Both the position numbers and the translations under genes were made by a program. 43,471 nt of DNA from Candidatus Endomicrobiellum trichonymphae (lineage in GTDB: Bacteria; Elusimicrobiota; Elusimicrobia; UBA1565; UBA9628), in NCBI GenBank assembly GCA_943372155.1, contig CALRXP010000001.1, positions 1-43,471 of the forward strand, given 5' to 3'. Below the pieces are notes generated by a model, which was given only the letters and a program-made list of their open reading frames with translations, did not search any database and had not been told where the DNA came from. This document shows positions 24,197-33,050 of the stretch, in pieces; position 1 is the first letter of the stretch, and every line of letters begins with the position of its first letter.

Positions 24197-24766
24197 CTAG
24201 TAGGTGAGGAGGGAGTGGATCGTTTGGCCGGGGAGCTTCTTGCGACCATTAAGGAAGGCAAGCTCGATCAGGAACGCGCTGCCGACCAAATTCCCCCCCA
24301 GCTTCTCGATCAGGGAGGTGGCGGCGGCGGCGGTGCCGCCGGTCGCCAGGACGTCGTCCACGAGAAGGACATTGGCGCCCTTCGGGATGGCGTCCGCGTG
24401 GGCCTCGATCGAGTCCGTGCCGTACTCGAGGTCGTAGGTCGCGGAGTGGACCTTGCGCGGGAGCTTTCCTTTCTTGCGGAAAGGCACGATGCCGGCGCCC
24501 AGGCGCGCGGCCATGGCCGGGGCCAGCAGGAAGCCGCGGGATTCGACGCCCGCCACGATCTGCACGCGCTTCTGCTTGAACGGCGCGATGAGGCCTTCGA
24601 TCACGGAGTCAAAGCCCGCCGGATCGGCCAGCAGGGGCGTGATGTCCTTGAAGAGAATCCCCTTTTTGGGGAAATCCGGGACGTCCTGGATCAGGGCCTT
24701 CATGTCCTTGACCGTCAGGACGGGCTTCGGCTCTTCCTTCGACTTCTCTTCTTTGACCTTCTTCAT
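24197..24766 (-). CDS. apt: adenine phosphoribosyltransferase
   Basis: DFPKKGILFKDITPLL and the PRPP-binding motif VLLVDDVLATGGTA. The start overlaps the sigma-factor stop. It has a Lys/Glu-rich N-terminal extension, and the true start could be the internal MKALIQD. Confidence 0.9.
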   Translation of the reverse strand: MKKVKEEKSKEEPKPVLTVKDMKALIQDVPDFPKKGILFKDITPLLADPAGFDSVIEGLIAPFKQKRVQIVAGVESRGFLLAPAMAARLGAGIVPFRKKGKLPRKVHSATYDLEYGTDSIEAHADAIPKGANVLLVDDVLATGGTAAAATSLIEKLGGNLVGSAFLIELAFLNGRKKLPGQTIHSLLTY

Positions 24767-25797
24767 TTCTTTTTCTTGCCGGCTTTGACGGGAGCCAGGA
24801 ACACGAGCTTGCGCGGCTGGCGCTTGCCGATTTGGGTGTGGGCGGCTGAGGGCGCGGTCTTGCGCCCGGCCGGGATGGTCTGGCCCAGGATGTCGGTCTT
24901 GAGCTTGGGCGTGGAGAAGCCGGGCTGGAGGTTCGTCGGTCCGCGGCGCCCCCCTTCGTCGACTTCGATGAGGCCCATACGGTTCGCCACTCGCCGAAGG
25001 CGAAGTAGCGCGCGCTCCTCGATCTGGCGGATGCGCTCGCGCGAGAGCTTGAGGCGCTTGCCCACTTCTTCGAGGGTCATGGGGGTCTGGCCGGTGAGGC
25101 CGTGGCGGAACTCGAGGATCATGCGCTCGCGGTCTCCGATCTCGCGCAGGGCCTGGTGCAGCTCGTCGTGCAACTTGAGCACGCCGATCAAGTTCTCAGG
25201 GGACTGCGCCGTGGTCTCGGCGATCATGTCCTCGACCGTGATGTTGTCGTCGCCCGAGTCGATCGGGGCGTCGAAGGAGCCCATGCCCTTGGCGGCCTCG
25301 GCCGCGTCGAGCACGCCACGCACCTGGCGCGCCGTCCAGTGCATCGCGCGCGCCATCTCGGCGAGCGACGGATCGCGGCCGAGCTTGACGTGCATCTTCT
25401 CCCACATCTTCAGCCACTTGCGCAGGGCTTCCCACGCGTGCGGAGGGATGCGGATGGTCTTGGAGGTCTCCTCGACCGCGCGGCGGATCGACTGCTCGAT
25501 CCAATAAGAGGAGTAGGTCGAGAAGCGGTAGCCCTTGGAGGGCTCGAACTTGTCGATGGAGTGCATGAGGCCGAGGTTGCCCTCTTCGACCAAGTCCATG
25601 AAATCGATGCCCTGGCGGTGGTACTTCTTGGCGATGGGCACCACGAGGCGGAGGTTGGCCTCCATGATGCGCTGCTTGGAGACCCGGTCGCCCTTCTTGG
25701 CCTTCTTCCAGAGCTCATGCATCTCTTCGCGGGTGACGAGCGCCAGCTTCTGAATGCCTTTGAAGTACTGGCTCGTTGTATCCGTTGAGGGTTCCAT
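24763..25797 (-). CDS. sigma-70 family RNA polymerase sigma factor (RpoD/RpoS-like, no region 1.1) with a basic C-terminal tail
   Basis: Region 2 (DLVEEGNLGLMHSIDKFEPSKGYRFSTYSSYWIEQSIRRAV), region 3, and region 4.2 (TLEEVGKRLKLSRERIRQIEERALLRLRR). About 75 extra basic residues follow, ending in KAGKKKK. Confidence 0.88.
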   Translation of the reverse strand: MEPSTDTTSQYFKGIQKLALVTREEMHELWKKAKKGDRVSKQRIMEANLRLVVPIAKKYHRQGIDFMDLVEEGNLGLMHSIDKFEPSKGYRFSTYSSYWIEQSIRRAVEETSKTIRIPPHAWEALRKWLKMWEKMHVKLGRDPSLAEMARAMHWTARQVRGVLDAAEAAKGMGSFDAPIDSGDDNITVEDMIAETTAQSPENLIGVLKLHDELHQALREIGDRERMILEFRHGLTGQTPMTLEEVGKRLKLSRERIRQIEERALLRLRRVANRMGLIEVDEGGRRGPTNLQPGFSTPKLKTDILGQTIPAGRKTAPSAAHTQIGKRQPRKLVFLAPVKAGKKKK

Positions 25798-25804
25798 GGA
25801 TCTC

Positions 25805-26089
25805 CTAGATGATGCGAAAGGTTCTTTCGTTCTTCACGGCGACCGGCTGCGTCTCGATCTCGTCCACTCGGGCAGAAGGGTTTCCCGTCCGCATGCGTCG
25901 TTCAAATTCGTCCAACGTGTCCGGCGCGCCTTCGACTTCCGCTTCGACCGACCCGTCCTTTAGATTGCGAACCCAGCCGGCCAGGCCGAGCGTCTCGGCG
26001 GTTTCATGCGCGAACCAGCGGAAACCGACGCCTTGAACTTGTCCACGAAATGTCACATGTCGACGCGTCAAGGGGTCCTCGATTGACAT
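25805..26089 (-). CDS. acyP: acylphosphatase
   Basis: 94 aa. VTFRGQVQGVGFRWF and GWVRNLKDGSVEAEVEG are the two acylphosphatase signatures. Confidence 0.9.
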   Translation of the reverse strand: MSIEDPLTRRHVTFRGQVQGVGFRWFAHETAETLGLAGWVRNLKDGSVEAEVEGAPDTLDEFERRMRTGNPSARVDEIETQPVAVKNERTFRII

Positions 26090-26123
26090 TCTAAATATTT
26101 GTCAAGGGGCGGCGCAAGGGGCA

Positions 26124-26165
26124 AAATAAAAAAGAGCGCCGCGGGTTTTTAGGCCCGCGGCGCTC
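26124..26165 (-). terminator. rho-independent terminator after the tRNA-Pro pair
   Basis: 12-bp perfect stem GAGCGCCGCGGG / CCCGCGGCGCTC (26134-26145 pairs with 26154-26165), followed on the minus strand by TTTTTTATTT (26124-26133). Confidence 0.8.
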
Positions 26166-26175
26166 TCCGTCAAAC

Positions 26176-26251
26176 TGGTCGGGGTACTCAGGCTTGAACT
26201 GAGAACCTCTTCGTCCCGAACGAAGCGCTCTGCCAATTGAGCTATACCCCG
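26176..26251 (-). tRNA. tRNA-Pro (anticodon CGG), CCA encoded
   Basis: The reverse complement is CGGGGTATAGCTCAATTGGCAGAGCGCTTCGTTCGGGACGAAGAGGTTCTCAGTTCAAGCCTGAGTACCCCGACCA. Anticodon loop TTCGGGA. Confidence 0.9.
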
Positions 26252-26284
26252 ATGTGCGTCTACGAGAGTCGGTCACGCCCGCGG

Positions 26285-26356
26285 TCGGGGACACAGGAAT
26301 CGAACCTGTAGCCTCTCCCACCCCAAGGGAGCGCTCTACCATTGAGCCAGTCCCCG
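26285..26356 (-). tRNA. tRNA-Pro (anticodon GGG)
   Basis: The reverse complement is CGGGGACTGGCTCAATGGTAGAGCGCTCCCTTGGGGTGGGAGAGGCTACAGGTTCGATTCCTGTGTCCCCGA. Anticodon loop TTGGGGT. The flanks (CCGCGGT / ACCGCGG) extend the acceptor helix. Confidence 0.9.
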
Positions 26357-26406
26357 ACCGCGGGCGCGACATGCGGTCGGCGACGGCCGAACCACTCGTC
26401 AGGGGT

Positions 26407-26435
26407 ATTTTAATTCTTTGGCCGCCCCGGCGCAA
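26407..26435 (-). promoter_or_regulatory. sigma70-type promoter for the tRNA-Pro pair
   Basis: The minus strand has TTGCGC (26435-26430), a 17-nt spacer, then TAAAAT (26412-26407), about 50 nt upstream of tRNA-Pro(GGG). Confidence 0.5.
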
Positions 26436-26444
26436 CTGTTTCGT

Positions 26445-26816
26445 TTAGCGGCCCATCTCTTCAAGGATGGCTTTGAGTTCCTTTCGGACCTCGCGCAGCA
26501 GCTTGCCTTGCGCGCCGTCGACCGGCGCGGGACCGGTCAGCGGGGAGTCGAGCGCGGACTTGCCGCGGCGGCGATCGATGAGGGCGCGTCGGGCGCCGGC
26601 CACGGTCATCTTCTTGCGCTGCAGGAGTTCCTTAATCTCGAAGACGAGCTCGAGATCGGCACGGCTGTAGCGGCGATGCCCGCCGTCCCGGCGGGACGGC
26701 TTCAATTCCCCGAAGCGCGTTTCCCAGAAGCGCAAGGTGTGAGGCGGGACCTGCGCGAGCCGCGAGGCTTCGCGCATCGTGTAGTAGTCGCGATCGGGAA
26801 GAAACGGCAACTCCAC
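26445..26816 (-). CDS. MerR family transcriptional regulator
   Basis: 123 aa. N-terminal HTH YTMREASRLAQVPPHTLRFWETRFG and RRYSRADLELVFEIKELL, typical of MerR-type regulators without an obvious effector domain. Confidence 0.85.
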   Translation of the reverse strand: MELPFLPDRDYYTMREASRLAQVPPHTLRFWETRFGELKPSRRDGGHRRYSRADLELVFEIKELLQRKKMTVAGARRALIDRRRGKSALDSPLTGPAPVDGAQGKLLREVRKELKAILEEMGR

Positions 26817-26822
26817 GGATCG

Positions 26823-27083
26823 TTACTCCAGCAGGTTTTTCGAGGCCTTGAAGCGCACGCCGCGCCGCGACGGGACGCTGACCTGCTCTCCGGTCTTCGG
26901 GTTGCGGCCGCTGCGGGGCTGACGGGCCTTCACGCGGAACGTTCCGAAGTTCGAGATCACGACCTTGTCGCCCTGGTTGAGCGACGCGCGGATGGTCTCG
27001 AACGTGGTCTCGACGGCGAGAGCGGCCTCGCCCTTCGTGGTCAGGACTTTCGCGACTGCCTTGATGATGTCGAGGCGGTTCAT
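26823..27083 (-). CDS. HU/IHF family nucleoid-associated DNA-binding protein
   Basis: 86 aa. FGTFRVKARQPRSGRNPKTGEQVSVPSRRGVRFKASKNL matches the HU/IHF beta-arm signature. Confidence 0.9.
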   Translation of the reverse strand: MNRLDIIKAVAKVLTTKGEAALAVETTFETIRASLNQGDKVVISNFGTFRVKARQPRSGRNPKTGEQVSVPSRRGVRFKASKNLLE

Positions 27084-27697
27084 TCGGCTTTTCCCCCTTT
27101 CTTGCCTTCGGGCGGCGGCTCGCCGCCTTCCGGTTTCTTCTTGAGGTCCTTGAAGATGTCCTCGGGCTTAAGGCTCTTGAGATCTTCCTTGAATTTTGAG
27201 ACCTCGTCTTCCGAGATGGGCTTGTGCAAGGTCTGGCAGCGCTCGAAGACGCTCTCGTGCACCAGGATCGGGCAGCCGGCGCGCACCGCGATCGCGATGG
27301 CGTCGGACGGGCGGCTGTCGAGCTGAACGGTCTTCTTTCCGTCGCTGACGTGAACCTTCGCGTAGAACGTGTTCTCCTTGATGTCGGAGACGACGATCTT
27401 CTTGACCTCGAAGCCGAGCTCCTGGATGGAGGCGAGCAGGAGATCGTGCGTCAGCGGGCGCGGGAGCACGATGCCGGAGAAGCGGATGGCGATGGCCTGG
27501 CCTTCGGTGATGCCGATCCAGATGGGCAGCAGGCGGCTGCCCGAAAGCTCCTCGAGGAAAATGATGCACTCGTTGACCGTGGTCGCGAGCGAGTAGATGC
27601 GGACTTCTTTTTCCCCGGTGCCGCTCTTCGCGGGCTCGGGCGTTTTGTCCTTATCTTTATCCTTGTCCTTGTCGCCGCCCTCTTTTCCTTTGGCCAT
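27080..27697 (-). CDS. bifunctional nuclease (DUF151/BFN) domain protein with Lys/Asp-rich termini
   Basis: Track ORF 27080..27811. The ATG at 27697 follows GGAG. The core LLPIWIGITEGQAIA...RPLTHDLL...ARPSDAIAIAVRAGCPILV matches the BFN family. The N-terminus has GGDKDKDKDKDKTPEP and the C-terminus KKKPEGGEPPPEGKKGGKAE. Confidence 0.8.
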   Translation of the reverse strand: MAKGKEGGDKDKDKDKDKTPEPAKSGTGEKEVRIYSLATTVNECIIFLEELSGSRLLPIWIGITEGQAIAIRFSGIVLPRPLTHDLLLASIQELGFEVKKIVVSDIKENTFYAKVHVSDGKKTVQLDSRPSDAIAIAVRAGCPILVHESVFERCQTLHKPISEDEVSKFKEDLKSLKPEDIFKDLKKKPEGGEPPPEGKKGGKAE

Positions 27698-27711
27698 ATG
27701 GATCGTCTCCG

Positions 27712-28695
27712 TTAAAATCCGAGCGCGGTCAGCACGCCCTTCGCCGGCGCGCCGCGCGTCGCGCGAAAAATCGCTTCGAGCAGGGGCGCCTTGACCTTGT
27801 GACGCGCGCACAGCTGACGCGCGCTGGCGGCGGCCTCGATGCCCTCGACGACGGTGTGAATCTGTGCGAGCGCCGCCTTCGGCGACAGGCCGCGGCCAAG
27901 CCGCTCGCCGAAGCCGCGGTTGCGGGACTCCGTCGAGGTGCCGGTGGCGATGAGATCGCCCAGGCCGGCGAGACCGTAGATCGTGTCGGCGCGGCCGCCG
28001 CTCGCTCGGATGAGGAGAGACATTTCCGCGAGGCCTTGGACCAGCAAGGCCGCCTTCGTGTTCGCGCCGGTGCCGAGACCGTCGAGGATACCGGCGCCGA
28101 TGGCGATGGCGTTCTTGAGGGAGCCACCGAGTTCGACGCCGACGCGGTCGGGCCAGTGAGTGACGTTCAAGGCGCCGCCGTCGAACAGCTTAACGAGCTC
28201 ATTCGCTTTCGCGCCGGAAGGGCCGCCGAGCAGCAAGCCGGTGGGAACGCCGCGGGCGACTTCGCGGGCGAAGGACGGGCCGGTGAGGGTCCAGACACGA
28301 CCCTTAAGAGAAGGGAGCTCACGGGAAACAATATCCCCCATCGTGGCCAAGGTGTTGGGTTCGACGCCTTTGGACGCGTTGACGGCAACCTTAAAAGTCA
28401 TTCGGCCATGCTCACGTATTTTTTTGGCCGTGGCCGCCAGGGCCTTCGACGGCAGAACAAAAAGCAAAATATCGGCGCCCTCAACGGCAAATTTAATGTC
28501 GTGGGTAACCTTGATGGAACCGTCCAAACGAAAACCGGGGATCTGTGCGTGACGACGGGTTTTTTGTAACGACAACGCGATCTCGGGAATGAATTCCCAG
28601 ATCGTGACCTTGGCTTTTTTGTTCGACAGATGTTGAGCCAAAACGCAGCCCCACATTCCTCCGCCCAATACCGTTACTTTATGCCGAGGGGCCAT
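27712..28695 (-). CDS. gpsA: NAD(P)H-dependent glycerol-3-phosphate dehydrogenase
   Basis: VTVLGGGMWGCVLA Rossmann motif, GSLKNAIAIGAGI, SRNRGFGERLG. Confidence 0.92.
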   Translation of the reverse strand: MAPRHKVTVLGGGMWGCVLAQHLSNKKAKVTIWEFIPEIALSLQKTRRHAQIPGFRLDGSIKVTHDIKFAVEGADILLFVLPSKALAATAKKIREHGRMTFKVAVNASKGVEPNTLATMGDIVSRELPSLKGRVWTLTGPSFAREVARGVPTGLLLGGPSGAKANELVKLFDGGALNVTHWPDRVGVELGGSLKNAIAIGAGILDGLGTGANTKAALLVQGLAEMSLLIRASGGRADTIYGLAGLGDLIATGTSTESRNRGFGERLGRGLSPKAALAQIHTVVEGIEAAASARQLCARHKVKAPLLEAIFRATRGAPAKGVLTALGF

Positions 28696-29284
28696 GGATG
28701 CCGAGCTCCTTGTTCTGCATGAGACGCTGGATATTGGGGATGTGCTTATAGACGATGAGGGCGCCGGAAACCGCGGCGGCGATGCAGTAGGCCTGTTTGG
28801 CGCCGCAGGCGACCGCCGCGATCGGGAGGATCACCGCAGCGGTGATTGAACCGACGGAGATATGGCCGGAAATCTTAACGGCGAGCGCGAACGCGCCGAT
28901 CGTGATCGCCATCGGCATCGCGATGAGGGAGGCGAAGACGCCGGCGGAGGTGGCCACGCCCTTCCCCCCTTTAAATCCCAACAACGGCGTCCAATTGTGA
29001 CCGACAATCGCGGCGGCGCCGCAGGCGATGGCGAGCTCGGGGCGGCGCGGAAACAGAGCGAGGGATAGGTAGACGGGCGCGTAGCCCTTGAGGGCGTCGA
29101 CGGCCAAGGTGATCGCTCCGGCGAGCGCGCCCGCGTTGCGGTAGACGTTGGCTGTGCCGGGATTTCCCGAGCCGCGGGTGCGGATATCGTAGCCCTTGAG
29201 GCGTTTAACGACGATGTAGCCCGTGGGAATACCGCCGGCGAAGTAACCAAAAAGAATGAGGGCGGGGTCCCTGAAATCTATCAT
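28679..29284 (-). CDS. plsY: glycerol-3-phosphate acyltransferase PlsY
   Basis: 201 aa, polytopic. GSGNPGTANV and FKGGKGVATSAG are PlsY signatures. plsY-gpsA adjacency is common. Confidence 0.92.
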   Translation of the reverse strand: MIDFRDPALILFGYFAGGIPTGYIVVKRLKGYDIRTRGSGNPGTANVYRNAGALAGAITLAVDALKGYAPVYLSLALFPRRPELAIACGAAAIVGHNWTPLLGFKGGKGVATSAGVFASLIAMPMAITIGAFALAVKISGHISVGSITAAVILPIAAVACGAKQAYCIAAAVSGALIVYKHIPNIQRLMQNKELGIHGPSA

Positions 29285-29308
29285 GAATTACAGCGTAATC
29301 CTACCACC

Positions 29309-30610
29309 TCAGGCGGCGGGCGTCAACAGTGATTGCAGGCGATTCCAGTTCTCCGCGGTGACGCGCAAACGGAAGCGGATTTTCTCCCCGTGGACCTTGC
29401 GGTCGAGAATCTGCGCCGACTCGTATAGGCGGGCCGTCCAGGCTCCGGCTTGCGCCGCCGGGGCGTCAATCTCGCGCAGGAGCCATTTCGCGGACAGGGC
29501 GTCCTCGACGCGGGCCATCACGGCGGCGGTGCCCTCTTTCGAGGCGGCGGACATCAGCACCGCGTCGGGATGACGCCGGGACAGGTCCTGGCGCGCCGTC
29601 GCGTCGAGGCGGTCGGCCTTGTTGAGCGCCTCCACGCGCGGGATGCCGGTGGTGGCGAGCTCGGCGAGGGTCTGCGTGACGGAGGCGTGCTGGCCCTCGA
29701 GCTCGGGCGAGGAGGCGTCGTGCACGATGAGCAGGCAGTCGGCGGCTTCCACTTCCTCGAGGGTCGAACGGAACGCGGCGATGAGGGACGTGGGCAGGCG
29801 CTGGATGAAGCCGACGGTGTCGGTGAGCACCGCCCAGCCGCCGCTCGGCAGGCGCACGCGGCGCGCGGTCGGGTCGAGCGTGGCGAACAGCTTATCGTCG
29901 GCGTAGGCGGCGTATTCCCCCGTCAGCGCGTTGAGCAAGGTGGACTTGCCCACGTTGGTATAACCGACGAGCGCGACCTGAGGCACGGGCACGCCGGCGC
30001 GGCGCTCGCGGCGCAGGCGGCGCGAGGAACGCACGCGCTCGAGCTCGGCCTTCAGGTGCTTCATACGGAGTTGAATGTGGCGCTTCTCGTACTCGAGCTT
30101 GCGCTCGCCGGGGCCGCGCGTGCCGATGCCGCCGGCCTGCTGGGAGAACGCGCGGATGCCGGTCAGGCGCGGGAGCATGTAGGAGAGCTGCGCCAGCTCG
30201 ACTTGCAGGCTGCCTTCGCTGGTGCGCGCGCGGCGGGCAAAGATGTCCAGAATCAGGCGAGTCCGATCCACGATCTTCACCTTGGGCAGGGCCTTCTCGA
30301 GATTCTTTTGCTGGGCGGGGTTGAGCTCGAGGTCGAAGATGACGGTGCCGGCGCGCAGGCCGGCGCACATCCCGGCGATCTCCTCCACCTTGCCCTCGCC
30401 GACGAGGGTGGCGGTGTTGAAGCGCGCGAGGGCCTGCGTGGTCTCCCCCACGACGAGCGCGCCCGCGGTCTCGGTCAGGCGGCGGAGCTCGTCGAGGCTC
30501 GAACGGATGACGTCTGTCTGGGATTTGGGGCCGACGCCGACGAGCACCGCGCGCTCGATCGGAGCGCGGGTTTCGCGGGAGACGTTTCGAACGCCCGTCT
30601 TTCGGGCCAT
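29309..30610 (-). CDS. hflX: GTPase HflX
   Basis: 433 aa. N-terminal HflX domain, G1 GYTNVGKST, G3 DTVGF, G4 NKAD. Confidence 0.9.
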   Translation of the reverse strand: MARKTGVRNVSRETRAPIERAVLVGVGPKSQTDVIRSSLDELRRLTETAGALVVGETTQALARFNTATLVGEGKVEEIAGMCAGLRAGTVIFDLELNPAQQKNLEKALPKVKIVDRTRLILDIFARRARTSEGSLQVELAQLSYMLPRLTGIRAFSQQAGGIGTRGPGERKLEYEKRHIQLRMKHLKAELERVRSSRRLRRERRAGVPVPQVALVGYTNVGKSTLLNALTGEYAAYADDKLFATLDPTARRVRLPSGGWAVLTDTVGFIQRLPTSLIAAFRSTLEEVEAADCLLIVHDASSPELEGQHASVTQTLAELATTGIPRVEALNKADRLDATARQDLSRRHPDAVLMSAASKEGTAAVMARVEDALSAKWLLREIDAPAAQAGAWTARLYESAQILDRKVHGEKIRFRLRVTAENWNRLQSLLTPAA

Positions 30611-32151
30611 CAGTCGAGCAGGACCTCTGGCATGGCGCGCTGCAGCAAGGTCCGCCAGCGACGGGCGGTTCCGGCCATCAAGGCGTCGAGCGGCGCGAAG
30701 TCGTCGGTGAGGATCGGCGCGGACTCGAGGTCGCGCGACGTCGGCTTCAGCTCGCGGCTGAGCATGAGCGCGACTTCCTGGGACGAGCGGAGAGGCGACG
30801 CCGGCGCGCCCGCCTCGAGCGGGCCCACGGAGGCGAAGAGCAGGATGTTCGCGAGGCCGGAGTTGGGGTCGCTCGCGACGAAGGCGCGCACGTGCGGGAA
30901 CACCGCCGCCAAGGTGAGATAGACCGCCTTCCAGGGCCGGTCGTCCGGCGGCGCGACGGCGCTGACGATGTTGATCGCGAAGACGCCGCCGGGCGTCAGG
31001 CTCTCGCGCACGCGGGCGAAGGCCTCGGTCGTGAACAGATGCGCCGGCGGCGATTCCGCCCCGAACGCGTCAAGGTAAGCGAGGTCCCAGGGCCCGAGTC
31101 CGGTCTCGAGCGCCGCGCGGCCGTCGCCGACGACCACGCGTCCCTTGGGCTGATAGTCGAAGTAATCGCGCGCGGCTTCGGCGATCGCGGGATCGAGCTC
31201 GATGGCGTCCACCGTGAGGCCGCGACGCTCAAGGGCCTTGGGCAGGAGGCCCGCGCCGAGGCCGATGACGACCGCGTGCTTCGCGGAGGGACGCAGGGCG
31301 CGCGTCCACTCGAGCGCTCGGATATACTGGGACTCGCTTTCGCCTCCGGACTTCTCCATCACCGATTGGCTCGTGCCGTTGACCAGAAGGTAGCGCTTGT
31401 CCGGGCCGTCGAGCACGACGATGCGGCCGTAGGCCGACTCCCGCGTCACGAGCGAGATCTTCGAGGTCTGCGCCGGGCGAAGCGCCACGGCGAGGCAGGC
31501 GGCGCACACCGCGAGCTGGCCGACCGGGATCGAATGTTGGGCGAGCCATGAGCCGAGCGCGCCCAGCACGAGGAGCAGCAGGGCCGTTCCGTAGAGAATC
31601 TTGGACATCGGGAGATGAGGGATCAGGACGAAGCCCGTCAGCACGGCTCCGAGGACGCTACCGGCCGTCGAGACCGCCCAGGCGTCGCCCGATTTTCGTC
31701 CGGAGTCGGCGGCCCCGGTGGCCGTCAGCCGCACCGCGAGCGGCCCCAGCGCCCCGAGCAGGAGCAGCGCGGGACCGAGCAGGGCTGTAGCACTCGCGAG
31801 CGCGCCGCCCTGGACGCCCAGCGGCAGGCTCGCGCGCAGCACGGGCGCGCGCAGCCACGGCACCGCGGCCACGGTCAGCCCCGCCGCGGTGAGCAGGCGC
31901 GCGAACAGGAGCGGATAAGGCTGGCGGTCGGCCTGACGGCCGCCCCACGCGTAGCCGACCGCGAGGGCGACCATCGTCACCGTGATCATCGCCGACCACG
32001 TGTAAATCGATGAGCCGTAGAAGGGGCTGATGAGGCGGGCGCCGGCGAGCTCGAGCACGAGGCAGGCGGCGCCGGAGCAGAAGAGGCTGCCGAGCAGATA
32101 AGGCGTCGTGTACGTCGGCTGGCTCCCGGGTTTAAGCGGCGGTTTTTTCAC
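30610..32151 (-). CDS. fused polytopic-membrane / spermidine-synthase-like (class I methyltransferase fold) protein
   Basis: Track ORF 30610..32226. I prefer the in-frame GTG at 32151 (VKKPPLKPG), which limits overlap with miaA. About 7 N-terminal TM spans, then VIGLGAGLLPKAL...VDAIELDP...GDGRA...DLAYLDAF, typical of the SpeE-like AdoMet fold. Its stop overlaps the hflX ATG by 1 nt. Confidence 0.75.
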   Translation of the reverse strand: MKKPPLKPGSQPTYTTPYLLGSLFCSGAACLVLELAGARLISPFYGSSIYTWSAMITVTMVALAVGYAWGGRQADRQPYPLLFARLLTAAGLTVAAVPWLRAPVLRASLPLGVQGGALASATALLGPALLLLGALGPLAVRLTATGAADSGRKSGDAWAVSTAGSVLGAVLTGFVLIPHLPMSKILYGTALLLLVLGALGSWLAQHSIPVGQLAVCAACLAVALRPAQTSKISLVTRESAYGRIVVLDGPDKRYLLVNGTSQSVMEKSGGESESQYIRALEWTRALRPSAKHAVVIGLGAGLLPKALERRGLTVDAIELDPAIAEAARDYFDYQPKGRVVVGDGRAALETGLGPWDLAYLDAFGAESPPAHLFTTEAFARVRESLTPGGVFAINIVSAVAPPDDRPWKAVYLTLAAVFPHVRAFVASDPNSGLANILLFASVGPLEAGAPASPLRSSQEVALMLSRELKPTSRDLESAPILTDDFAPLDALMAGTARRWRTLLQRAMPEVLLD

Positions 32152-33043
32152 GGGGTTCCTCCCACATAGACTTCGCGCTGGCGAGCAGCGCCGCCGGGGA
32201 CGCGGACGCGTCGAGAGCGCGCGCAACGAGCTGCGTGCGGAACCAGGTGCGCTGGCGCTTGGCGTAGGCGACCGTCCCTTGGATCATCTCGGCGAGCGCC
32301 GCGTCGGAGCCCAGCTCTCCCCGCGCGCAGGAAAGAGCTTCCCGGTAGCCGAGGCTGGTGAAGCCCGGCTCGGTCCCGGCGAACTCCTTCGGGACGAGCG
32401 CTTTGACCTCAGCGACCAATCCCGGCCACATCGCGCGCGTGCGCGCCTCGATGCGCTCGCGCGAGCGCTCCGGCGTCAGCTCCAGGCGCAGCACGAGGTC
32501 CGCGGGGACGGCGCCGTCGCGGCGCTCGCGCCAGTGTTCTGTGATCGGCTTCCCGGTGAGTTCGAAGACTTCGAGCGCGCGCACGACGCGCTGGACGTTG
32601 CCGGCCGGAATATCGGCCGCGGCCTCGGGGTCGATCTTGGCCAGCCGCGCGTGAAGGTCGCCCTTGCTCACGGCGGCCAGGCGCGCGCGCAGCGCCTCAT
32701 CGCGCGGGGGCAGCGGCGCGAGGCCCTCGAGCAACGCCTTGAGATACAGGCCCGTGCCTCCGCAGACGATGGCGACCTTACGGCGCGACCTGATGTCCGC
32801 GATCGCGGCGGCGGCTTCCTTGGCCCACCTCGCGGCGTCGTAGGCTTCGGCCGGATCGGCGCAGTCGAGCAGATGATGCGGGACGCGCGCGCGCTGCTCG
32901 GCGGAGGGCTTCGCGGTGCCGGCGTCGAGCCGGCGATAGACCTGGCGGGAATCGGCTGAGATGACCTCGGCGCCAAGCGCCTCGGCGATCAATATGGCGA
33001 GATCGGTCTTGCCGGAAGCCGTCGGACCGGCGAGAACGATCAA
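32132..33043 (-). CDS. miaA: tRNA dimethylallyltransferase
   Basis: TTG start. LAGPTASGKT P-loop, ISADSRQVYRRLDAGTAKPS, HHLLD. Confidence 0.9.
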   Translation of the reverse strand: MIVLAGPTASGKTDLAILIAEALGAEVISADSRQVYRRLDAGTAKPSAEQRARVPHHLLDCADPAEAYDAARWAKEAAAAIADIRSRRKVAIVCGGTGLYLKALLEGLAPLPPRDEALRARLAAVSKGDLHARLAKIDPEAAADIPAGNVQRVVRALEVFELTGKPITEHWRERRDGAVPADLVLRLELTPERSRERIEARTRAMWPGLVAEVKALVPKEFAGTEPGFTSLGYREALSCARGELGSDAALAEMIQGTVAYAKRQRTWFRTQLVARALDASASPAALLASAKSMWEEPREKTAA

Positions 33044-33050
33044 GAGGTCT

